Source: Eledone cirrhosa (Eukaryota). Taken from it: DNA of 64,000 nucleotides. The DNA lies in contig OZ024742.1 in the NCBI GenBank assembly GCA_964016885.1, forward strand, positions 259,904,001-259,968,000, read 5' to 3'. The notes beneath the pieces are model-generated. The model had not been told where the DNA came from. It made no database searches and worked only from the letters and a program-made list of their open reading frames with translations. Positions 38,001 to 47,943 of this stretch are shown one piece after another; positions within the stretch are counted from its first letter, which is position 1; the number at the start of each line of letters is the position of its first letter. A program made the position numbers and the translations under genes.

Positions 38001-40526
38001 AGCAACTATAGACACTGTGTCTTAGCAACCATCTGCCCACTATCATAACAACCATATACACACTGTCTTAGTAACTATATACACTGTGTCTTAGCAACCA
38101 TCTGTCCACTATCATAACAACCATATACACACTGTCTTAGTAACTATAGACACTGTGTCTTAGCAACCATCTGTCCACTATCAAAACAACCATATACACA
38201 CTGTCTTAGTAACTATAGACACTGTGTCTTAGCAACCATCTGTCCACTATCATAACAACCATATACACACTGTCTTAGTAATTATAGACACTGTGTCTTA
38301 GCAACTATCTGCTCACTATCATAACAACCATATACACACTGTCTTAGCAACTATATACACTGTCTTAGCAACCACCTGTCCACTATCATAACAACCATAT
38401 ACACACTGTCTTAGTAACTATATACACTGTGTCTTAGCAACCATCTGCCAACTATCATAACAACCATATACACACTGTCTTAGTGACTATAGACACTGTG
38501 TCTTAGCAATCATCTGCCCACTATCATAACAACCATATACACACTGTCTTAGTAACTATATACAGTGTGTCTTAGCAACAATCTGCCCACTATCATAACA
38601 ACCATATACACACTGTCTTAGTGACTATAGACACTGTGTCTTAGCAACCATATGCCCACTATCATAACAACCATATACACACTGTCTTAGTAACTATAGA
38701 CACTGTGTCTTAGCAACCATCTGCCCACTATCATAACAATCATATACACACTGTCTTAGCAACTATATACACCGTGTCTTAGCAACCATCTGCCCACTAT
38801 CATAACAACTATATACGCACTGTCTTAGTAACTATAGACACTGTGTCTTAGCAACCATCTGCCAACTATCATAACAACCATATACACACTGTCTTAGTGA
38901 CTATAGACACTGTGTCTTAGTAACTATAGACACTGTGTCTTAGCAACAATCTGCCCACTATCATAACAACCATATACACACTGTCTTAGTAACTATAGAC
39001 ACTGTGTCTTAGCAACCATCTGCCCACTATCATAACAACCATATACACACTGTCTTAGCAACTATAGACACTGTGTCTTAGCAATCATCTGCCCACTATC
39101 ATAACAACCATATACACTCTGTCTTAGCAACTATAGACACTGTGTCTTAGCAACCATCTGCCCACTATCATAACAACCATATACACACTGTCTTAGCAAC
39201 TATATACACTGTGTCTTAGCAACCATCTGCCCACTATCATAACAACCATATACACACTGTCTTAATAACTATATACACTGTGTCTTAGCAACCATCTGTC
39301 CACTATCATAACAACCATATACACACTCTCTTAGTAACTATATACACTGTGTCTTAGCAACCATCTGCCCACTATCATAACAACCATATACACACTGTCT
39401 TAGCAACTATATACACTGTGTCTTAGCAACCATCTGTCCACTATCATAACAACCATATACACACTGTCTTAATAACTATATACACTGTGTCTTAGCAACC
39501 ATCTGTCCACTATCACAACAACCATATACACACTCTCTTAGTAACTATATACACTGTGTCTTAGCAACCATCTGCCCACTATCATAACAACCATATACAC
39601 ACTGTCTTAGCAACTATATACACTGTGTCTTAGCAACCATCTGTCCACTATCATAACAACCATATACACACTCTCTTAGTAACTATATACACTGTGTCTT
39701 AGCAACCATCTGCCCACTATCATAACAACCATATACACACTGTTTTAGTAACTATATACACTGTGTCTTAGCAACCATCTGCCCACTATCATAACAACCA
39801 TATACACACTGTCTTAGCAACTATATACACTGTGTCTTAGCAACCATCTGCCCACTATCATAACAACCATATACACACTGTCTTAGTAACTATAGACACT
39901 GTGTCTTAGCAACCATCTGCCCACTATCATAACAACCATATACACACTGTCTTAGTAACTATAGACACTGTGTCTTAGCAACCATCTGTCCACTATCATA
40001 ACAACCATATACACACTGTCTTAGTAACTATATACACTGTCTTAGCAACCACCTGTCCACTATCATAACAACCATATACACACTGTCTTAGTAACTATAT
40101 ACACTGTGTCTTAGCAACCATCTGCCCACTATCATAACAACCATATACACACTGTCTTAGCAACTATATACACTGTGTCTTAGCAACCACCTGTCCACTA
40201 TCATAACAACCATATACACACTGTCTTAGCAACTATAGACACTGTGTCTTAGCAACTATCTGCCCACTATCATAACAATCATATACACACTGTCTTAGTG
40301 ACTATAGACACTGTGTCTTAGCAACTATCTGCCCACTATCATAACAATCATATACACACTGTCTTTGTAACTATATACACTGTCTTAGCAACCATCTGCC
40401 CACTATCATAACAACCATATACACACTGTCTTAGTAACTATATACACTGTCTCTTAGCAACCATCTGCCCACTATCATAACACAAATACACATTGTCTTA
40501 GTAACCATATATACACTGTCTTAGCA
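32015..40526. repeat. 69-bp satellite (3 x 23-bp subunits), about 123 copies, with higher-order block duplications
   Basis: ACCATATACACACTGTCTTAGCA + ACTATATACACTGTGTCTTAGCA + ACCATCTGCCCACTATCATAACA; first units are 66 bp. Confidence 0.97.
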
Positions 40527-40599
40527 GTCATACATACACTTTGTGTTCAACTGACAGCTGACAGCTGTCATGTTTTCCAACATTTGTCCATCCTCCCTC

Positions 40600-40640
40600 T
40601 ACTTTCTAATGAAGAAAGTTGCCCGAAACGTTATGGATTA
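40600..40640 (+). other. Decayed minimal hammerhead-like motif (Penelope-like terminus)
   Basis: CTAATGA AGAAAGTTGCCC GAAACGTTA: core G>A, palindromic AACGTT helix III; helices I and II not intact. Confidence 0.4.
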
Positions 40641-40987
40641 AAATTCTCCGCCTTTAACTTCTCAGCGTTAAACTAGTATCCTCACACTTTGCCATATTCC
40701 GTCTTCTTTTCGTTTTCTTCTTTCCGCCTCCTCACTCTCCCATTCTCGTCCTCTCTCTCTCTTTTCGTATCCCTCCCTCTCTTTTCCTATCCTTCTCTCT
40801 CCCTCTCTTTTCCTATCCCTCTATCTCCCCCTCTCTTTTCCTATCCCCATCTCTCTTTTTCTCACCCTTTCTCTATTCCTCTCTCACCCTCTCTCCACTT
40901 TTCCCCGTCTATAAGGATAGTTTACTCGATTTTCTAAGTTACAATTTATAGCAATCGACTGCTGTTTGGGATCCTACATTTTCTAAC

Positions 40988-40989
<2 letters not shown>

Positions 40990-41030
<41 letters not shown>

Positions 41031-41037
41031 TGTATGC

Positions 41038-41070
<33 letters not shown>

Positions 41071-41104
41071 TGTATGTATGTATGTATGTATGTATGTATG
41101 TATG
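40990..41104. repeat. (TA)n + (TATG)n microsatellite
   Basis: Direct reading. Confidence 0.95.
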
Positions 41105-43102
41105 CATCCAGCCTCCGACACTTGTGGAGGTTGCAGTGGCTATTTCGAAGCTGAACAGTGGAAGATCTCCAGGTATGGATGGCATACATGCTGAGCTCCT
41201 ACAATATGGTGGTGAGAGACTCCTGCAACATCTTCACTCTCTGTTTGGAAGGATATGGGCTAATGAATCCGTGCCTGAGGACTGGAGAGATGCAGTAATG
41301 GTGGTCTTGTACAAGGGAAAGGGTAACAGGAATGATTGTGGGAACTACAGAGGTATATCATTGCTTTCTGTCGTGGGGAAAGTTTTATGTAGGGTGCTTC
41401 TGGACCGTCTGCTGACACACATTGCAGATTGTGTCCTTCCTGAAAGTCAATCTGGTTTTCGTGTTGGACGCGGCACTACTGATATGATCTTCTCAGCTAG
41501 ACAGCTCCAGGAGAAGTGCATTGAACAGGGCTTGGATCTGTATCAGGTTTTTGTCGATCTGACAAAGGCTTTCGATACTGTCAACAGAGATGCATTATGG
41601 AAGGTTCTCCAGAAACTTGGTTGCCCTGATAAGTTCCTTGCTTTAGTTAGGTCTTTCCATGACGACATGAAGGCTTGGGTTAATGTCGGAGGTAACATGT
41701 CGGAGCCTATCTCAGTAAAAAATGGAGTGAAACAGGGGGATATTCCAGCACCGACCCTGTTTGCCATATACTTTGCAATGGTTTTCTGCATTGCATTCAG
41801 GAATTGCGGACATGGTGTTTACATCCGATATCGAACCTCAGGCAGCATATTTAACATCAGGCGCTTTGCTGCGAAGACAAAAGTATTTACATCAGTCATA
41901 AGAGACCTCTTGTATGCAGATGATTGCGATCTTGTAGCGCACACAGAGAGTGATATGCAGCACATTTTGAATGTATTTTCTGACGCTTGCACTGCCCTGG
42001 GTTTGACTGTCAGTCTCAAGAAAACCGTCGTCATGTACCAACCTGCACCTGGTGGGCAGTACACTGAACCAAACATCTATGTGTATGGCAAACGACTTGG
42101 AGTGGTTGATCAGTTTGTCTACCTGGGAAGCACTGTCAATCGATACGGCAACCTTGACAGTGAAATCTCACTTAGGATTAGGAAAGCAAGTGATGCTTTC
42201 GGAAAGCTAGAAAGGCGACTCTGGGGTCGGCGAGACATATGCAGGAGGACAAAGGTAAGGGTGTACAGGGCATGTGTACTCTCTTGTCTTCTTTATGCCT
42301 GCGAGACCTGGGTCACATATCGACGCCACCTTAAGCAATTGGAGCGTTTCCATCAGATGTGTCTCAGACGGATACATGGCGTTCGCTGGAGGGACCACAT
42401 CAGTGATGTCGAGATTTTGGAAAGCTCTATGTGTGACAGTATAGAAGCTCTTGTGCTTAAGCAGCGACTCCGTTGGAGTGGTCACCTTGCCAGGATGAAG
42501 GATTCTAGAATACCAAAACAACTCTTCTATGGAGAGTTGGTTAAAGGAAAACGACCGCCACATAAACCAAAAAAGAGGTATAAGGATTCCTTGAAGGCCT
42601 CTCTGAAAGACGCTAACATCTCTGCTGATACATGGGAAAATATTGCTGCTGATCGTAATAAATGGAGAAAGACTGTATATGAGGGAAAAGTTGCCTTTGA
42701 GGCATCTCGAATCGCACACGAGAAAGTAAAGCGGGACGTGAGGAAGGGTATTGCTGTTGCACTTCCAGACGGCGAGGGTCCTCCTATGTTTCTGACATGC
42801 AGCGTCTGTGCGAGACTCTGCCTAAGCAAAGCTGGACTCGAAAGTCATCTTCGCAGTCATAAAGTAAGACCAGTGGTTGACTACCAGGCTGCTGTTGGAG
42901 ATGCTACTCATCATGCTTGCCAAACATGTGGTAGAGAATGTAAATCAGCAGGAGGACTCAAGCGACATGCAAAAGTACACGAACTCCAACCACAGCCGAC
43001 TATTCCCAGTAAATGTTTTGGTTGCCGACTCTGTGCAAGACATTTTGGATCATTGGCTGGGCTAAAAAGCCACATTCGATCGCAGCACTGTTAGTTGCTA
43101 TC

Positions 43103-43140
<38 letters not shown>

Positions 43141-43219
43141 GCTTATGTGCGTGCGTGTGTGTGTATATATATATGAATATGTATATTATTATTGTTGTTG
43201 TCGTTATTATTATTATTGC

Positions 43220-43300
<81 letters not shown>

Positions 43301-43345
43301 TTTTATTGTGCAATGGCCATACTCGATAACGAGGGGGCAGCCATC
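41105..43345 (+). mobile_element. RTE-clade (BovB-like) LINE, 5'-truncated, in (TATG)n
   Basis: Intact RT: [41 protein letters not shown]; 3' end GGCCATACTCGATAACGAGGGGGCAGCCATC then (ATGT)n. Confidence 0.96.
41106..43094 (+). CDS. RTE reverse transcriptase plus three C-terminal C2H2 zinc fingers (endonuclease lost by truncation)
   Basis: About 660 uninterrupted codons; CSVC..H..H, CQTC..H..H, CRLC..H..H. Confidence 0.9.
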   Translation: MQPPTLVEVAVAISKLNSGRSPGMDGIHAELLQYGGERLLQHLHSLFGRIWANESVPEDWRDAVMVVLYKGKGNRNDCGNYRGISLLSVVGKVLCRVLLDRLLTHIADCVLPESQSGFRVGRGTTDMIFSARQLQEKCIEQGLDLYQVFVDLTKAFDTVNRDALWKVLQKLGCPDKFLALVRSFHDDMKAWVNVGGNMSEPISVKNGVKQGDIPAPTLFAIYFAMVFCIAFRNCGHGVYIRYRTSGSIFNIRRFAAKTKVFTSVIRDLLYADDCDLVAHTESDMQHILNVFSDACTALGLTVSLKKTVVMYQPAPGGQYTEPNIYVYGKRLGVVDQFVYLGSTVNRYGNLDSEISLRIRKASDAFGKLERRLWGRRDICRRTKVRVYRACVLSCLLYACETWVTYRRHLKQLERFHQMCLRRIHGVRWRDHISDVEILESSMCDSIEALVLKQRLRWSGHLARMKDSRIPKQLFYGELVKGKRPPHKPKKRYKDSLKASLKDANISADTWENIAADRNKWRKTVYEGKVAFEASRIAHEKVKRDVRKGIAVALPDGEGPPMFLTCSVCARLCLSKAGLESHLRSHKVRPVVDYQAAVGDATHHACQTCGRECKSAGGLKRHAKVHELQPQPTIPSKCFGCRLCARHFGSLAGLKSHIRSQHC

Positions 43346-43390
43346 ATGTATGTATGTATGTATGTATGTATGCATGCGTGTATGTATGTT

Positions 43391-43618
43391 ATCTCTTTCT
43401 CTTAATTTCAAGTATATTTTTGACCGGCCACCTTCCTGGTGGCAAGGTTGTAAAAGAAAAGAAATTGTCATCTCTTTAATCGCAAGAATGTTTTGCAAAT
43501 TTTGAAGGTGCCAGCTATCGCAGCCATTTGTAGACTATGAATTAGGGAGCTGCGCTCTTTGTCCGCAAATCCAAGTTCAGTTATACCTTGGTCCAAGCGG
43601 GTTGGTATATAACCCGTG
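43391..43618 (-). mobile_element. 3' end of an RLE-type (R4-like) non-LTR element flanked by (CATA)n
   Basis: Minus frame TGYIPTRLDQGITELGFADKERSSLIHSLQMAAIAGTFKICKTFLRLKR* parallels the Dong C-terminus (GALG.I...LQK..L.GT..LR..L). Confidence 0.6.
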
Positions 43619-43706
43619 GTATGTATGTATGTATGTATGTATGTATGTATGTATGTATGTATGTATGTATGTATGTATGTATGTATGTATGTATGTATGT
43701 ATATAT

Positions 43707-44314
43707 GTCAGGTCACCACTTGGTGCTACTGGTAACATGTATCCCAGTACAACCTGTCTCATGGTCGGGTCGTTGGCGACTAAACTGGCAACCCCACCAA
43801 GGTTTCTTGGTGAGGAGGGTGACTTTGGACATCCTGCAGGACTAAAAACAAAACCTGTCAAAGGGCAAAGGAGCTCTTAAGAGTCAATGGCCATCCAAAA
43901 TCACTGGGAGAGATGACCCCTTAGCCTTTGTCAATGCAGAATTCTAGGAGAAGGAAAACTCTGATATAACACCTGCAACCCTGATGGTATCCAATGATGT
44001 TGACTTGTTCTTCTTTTTGGTAAATATCATCTTGGTTAAGAGAGTGGGACTGGCTTTGTGCAGTGCCTTTGCTCACTATAAAAGCTTCACGGCACAGGCA
44101 TTGCTTTATATCTGGAGATCTCTCTGCACTTGTCGTCGCATGGTACCATGGGCCCAGCACTATGTGTCAATAATTGTCATAAGTGTAGTGTTTGTACCAG
44201 AGTTTTCAAGTCGCTGGCTGGACTAAAAAGTCACACTCGTTCAGCGCATCGGTAGGGGTTCTCCTACATGGATATAAAGTAGTGGCCGTACTCGAAAACG
44301 AGTTGGCAGCCACC
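43707..44314 (+). mobile_element. Non-autonomous bipartite RTE derivative (5'-UTR-like part fused to last zinc finger and 3' end)
   Basis: CTAGGAGAAGGAAAACTCTG motif at 43944; [25 protein letters not shown] at 44178-44255; 3' end GGCCGTACTCGAAAACGAGTTGGCAGCCACC(ATGT)n. Confidence 0.78.
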
Positions 44315-45319
44315 ATGTATGTATGTATGTATGTATGTGCATACATCTTATTTGTGTTAAACAGAATGTTAATAAAGTAGTGCTCTGCTTGTGGCTTGTG
44401 TATCTACCGTTACAAAGAAGCAAGCGCAACTGACAGCCATACCAACTAAGTGTTGGAGATGGTAAAATCAAAGTGACAGTGTTCGATGGAGGTTGAGAGT
44501 TAATTAAGAAAAGGAATCGATACATGACTTGTTTGATGACACAGAAACAGATTTTTACACAAGTCTTCTTTATATTCCTTTTTATTCATAGTTTCAGTCA
44601 GATTTTGATGAGTTTAGCCATATGTGTGATTGTATATGGCAGTCAAAATATGAATGTGTTTGTGGTGGGATACGCAGTAGTATGTATATATTTGATTATA
44701 TATGTATATTTGACTGTATATATTTGTGATGTGATATAAATAAGTATATTTGTCAAACACAGACAAAAACGTAAAGACAAACACACACATATGCATATAG
44801 AATTATTATAATTTCTTAGCGAGGGCGATAGTGGCCCTGCTCAAAGCCTTTGTCCAGGTCGTTTGGTTGCTTTTAAACTTCATAATTTTAGCCATGTCTT
44901 TTTGCTGTTTTTCTTATTTTTATCATTGTTTTATTTTTAATGTTATGTTATTTAAAATACTGTATATTTTCTTTTATGTTAAAATAATGGATGTTAAAAT
45001 AATGAATGCTACTTTCAAGGGACTGAGCTTCATACGACTCTTTATAATACTGTATCGATAAGTAAAAATCCAAATGGATTTTAAATGAATAAAAAACTGG
45101 AAAAAAAAGTGCATTACAGAAATAACACCAATATTTCTACAGGTCAAGACATATTTCTTTTTACCAAAGCACATAAATAAAGCTGCGTAACTGATAAATA
45201 TTTCCTTTTACATACATCAGGACATAGTGGCGTAGTAAAATGACTTTCCTCGTCGTAATATTTATGTTCAAGGTAATACTTTGATTTAATAATTTTAATC
45301 TGTTGTCTGTGAAGAACTA

Positions 45320-45424
45320 GGGTCAACTTCTACATGAGATACACGGAAAAATCCAAACATTTTGTCAAAAAAGAAAAGAGTGGATCAATTTTCACATGGA
45401 TCGACTTTTATACGAGTATATACT
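45320..45424. mobile_element. Possible pogo/Tc2-type MITE terminus
   Basis: Repeated TC(A/G)A(C/T)TT(C/T) motifs ending TCGACTTTTATACGAGTATATAC. Confidence 0.4.
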
Positions 45425-45634
45425 AAAGTTGTACCGATTAGTCAACAAATAATTGACAACGGTCATAGAGGTCAATTTTTGTTTGTTTTTTTTTCTTTTT
45501 GTGTGTGGGAGGGGTGCCAATTAATCGGTTTTGATCGTCGATTATTATTGTTTTGGAGCAAGAAAAAATAGGTGATAGAGGAATTCGGAAAACACATTGA
45601 TTTCAACATAGAAATACATAAGAAACATATATTA

Positions 45635-45785
45635 TAACCTCGGCGGGATTTGAACCCTTTACGTTCTTAGTTCAAATCCTGCCGAGGTTAACTTTGCCTT
45701 TCATCCTTACGGGGTCGATAAAATGAAGTACCAGTAATGCACTGGGTAATTGCTGGCCTTGCGCCAAAAGTAGAAACAATTATTA
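45635..45785 (+). mobile_element. 5'-truncated SINE family A with inverted 5' duplication
   Basis: TAACCTCGGCGGGATTTGAAC (45635-45655) is the inverse of 45670-45690. Confidence 0.85.
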
Positions 45786-46230
45786 CACGAGTGTAACATA
45801 ACTCTGTTCCTTGTGCTTGAACACACTGATCTACACAACTGCCAAGAGGGCGGAACTGTTTGTAGGTTAAAGATGTCAAAGTAGAAGAGAAACTCTCCTC
45901 ACCTGAAACGATATGTTTAATTAATCTTTTAAAACGAAATTAATTTAAAAATTATAAAGATTCCAATTACATGTTTATTTAAAGGTATTTAAATGTTTTA
46001 GAGTAATAATAATTAACTTAATTTACTTAAACAAAAACTAAAAGTTAATGAGCAAATCTAAGAACTTGCATATGATAATGTAAAATCATCACAATTTCTC
46101 GATTTTCAAAACATAGCTAATTTCTTTCAGACTCCTACAGTAAAATCAGCCCAGTTTTATCATATATATTCTCAAATAGCAGGTTCACAATTGTAACTGA
46201 TTATAAAATGTTATGATATATTACCTAAAT

Positions 46231-46418
46231 GGCGGTGGACTGGCAGTATCAGTAGAGGGTCTGACGCCATGCTTTGCAGCATAGGAGTTATGGCCCTTCA
46301 CGGTCGGAGTTCAAATCCCGCTGAGGTTAACTTTGCCTTTCATCCTTATGGGGTCGATAAAATAAAGTACCAGTAATGCACTGGGATAATTGCCGGCCTT
46401 GTGCCAAAAGTAGAAACA
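46231..46418 (+). mobile_element. SINE family A, full length, with 18-bp TSD
   Basis: GTTATGATATATTACCTA at 46210-46227 and 46419-46436. Confidence 0.93.
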
Positions 46419-46699
46419 GTTATGATATATTACCTACAATTAATTATAATACATACTTTCATATCATAATTCATAAATACCCTGAGTCCTCATATTGTAC
46501 ATGAACACACAAGAAGAAAAATATATAACTATATTTTGGTAAAGAAAAGGTTACATAACTTCTGGTGGAGTCATAAAGCGCTTCCCTGATACACTGCGTT
46601 TGGGCATTTTAAACCGGGCGGAGACTATTCCGCTCTGCGTCTGAACACAGCCGGTCTTTTCCAGAGAAAGAAAGGAGGGCAAGAGATATACATCAAGAA

Positions 46700-46845
46700 G
46701 AATGGACCCAACTACTGGACTGATACTTTATTGGTCGACCTCGCAATGACGATAGGCAAATTGACATCGGCGAGGTTTGAACACAGAGCACAGTGAGCTG
46801 GAAAGATACCAAGGCATTTAATCCGACTATGCCAATTCACCGCAT
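46700..46845 (-). mobile_element. Old SINE family A
   Basis: CTGATACTTTATTGGTCGACC..GGTTTGAAC..TGCCAATTCACCGC. Confidence 0.65.
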
Positions 46846-47009
46846 TATAACCGCATTTACGTTCCTGTAAACTTTAATTCCCATAAATGCAGACCATTCT
46901 TTACAAACTTGTGCAATCAGACAAACATAATATACACGAGCACAAACAGAAGACTTCTTCAATCTCGTACACTCAACCAGAAACAATAGTATAACAAATA
47001 TGTACTTCT

Positions 47010-47210
47010 ATTCATAACTATATATTCATACAAATACACATAACTATATATTCATACACATAACTATGTATTCATACACATACACATACTATGTATTCAT
47101 ATACATAACTATATATTCATACTCATACACATAACTATATGTACATAAATATACACATAACCACATATTCATACACATACCTATAACTATATATTCATAC
47201 ACATACACAG
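47010..47210. repeat. CATAACTATATATTCATACA-type minisatellite
   Basis: About 8 imperfect copies. Confidence 0.8.
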
Positions 47211-47379
47211 GATGTAACCAACGAGTACATATACCACTCCTCATCCACTAGTCTTTGTGGCATCTACTTTACATTCATCACATGTAGGTGTGCATGCATG
47301 CATATATAAGTGCGTGTGTACATGTCTGTGTGTGTGTAGTTGTGTGTCTCCCTGTGTCTTCACATTCGAACGTGAATAC

Positions 47380-47830
<451 letters not shown>

Positions 47831-47943
47831 ATTCGCTATATTTCCAAAGACAATAAATGAAGACCTCAGACAAATTGACAAGTCTATTTCAGTTTGACGA
47901 CCGTTCAACAGTCATATGTCGACAGAGTTTCTTTGGAGATTTC

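Noticed and set aside
32015-40526. CRISPR-like array or 22-aa repeat protein (32035-32322)
   Set aside because: No unique spacers; the frame is open only in the few 66-bp edge units
45786-45903. Minus-strand exon EESFSSTL..GSCVDQCVQAQGTELCYTR
   Set aside because: Acceptor plausible, but the phase does not fit the other candidates and the donor is weak
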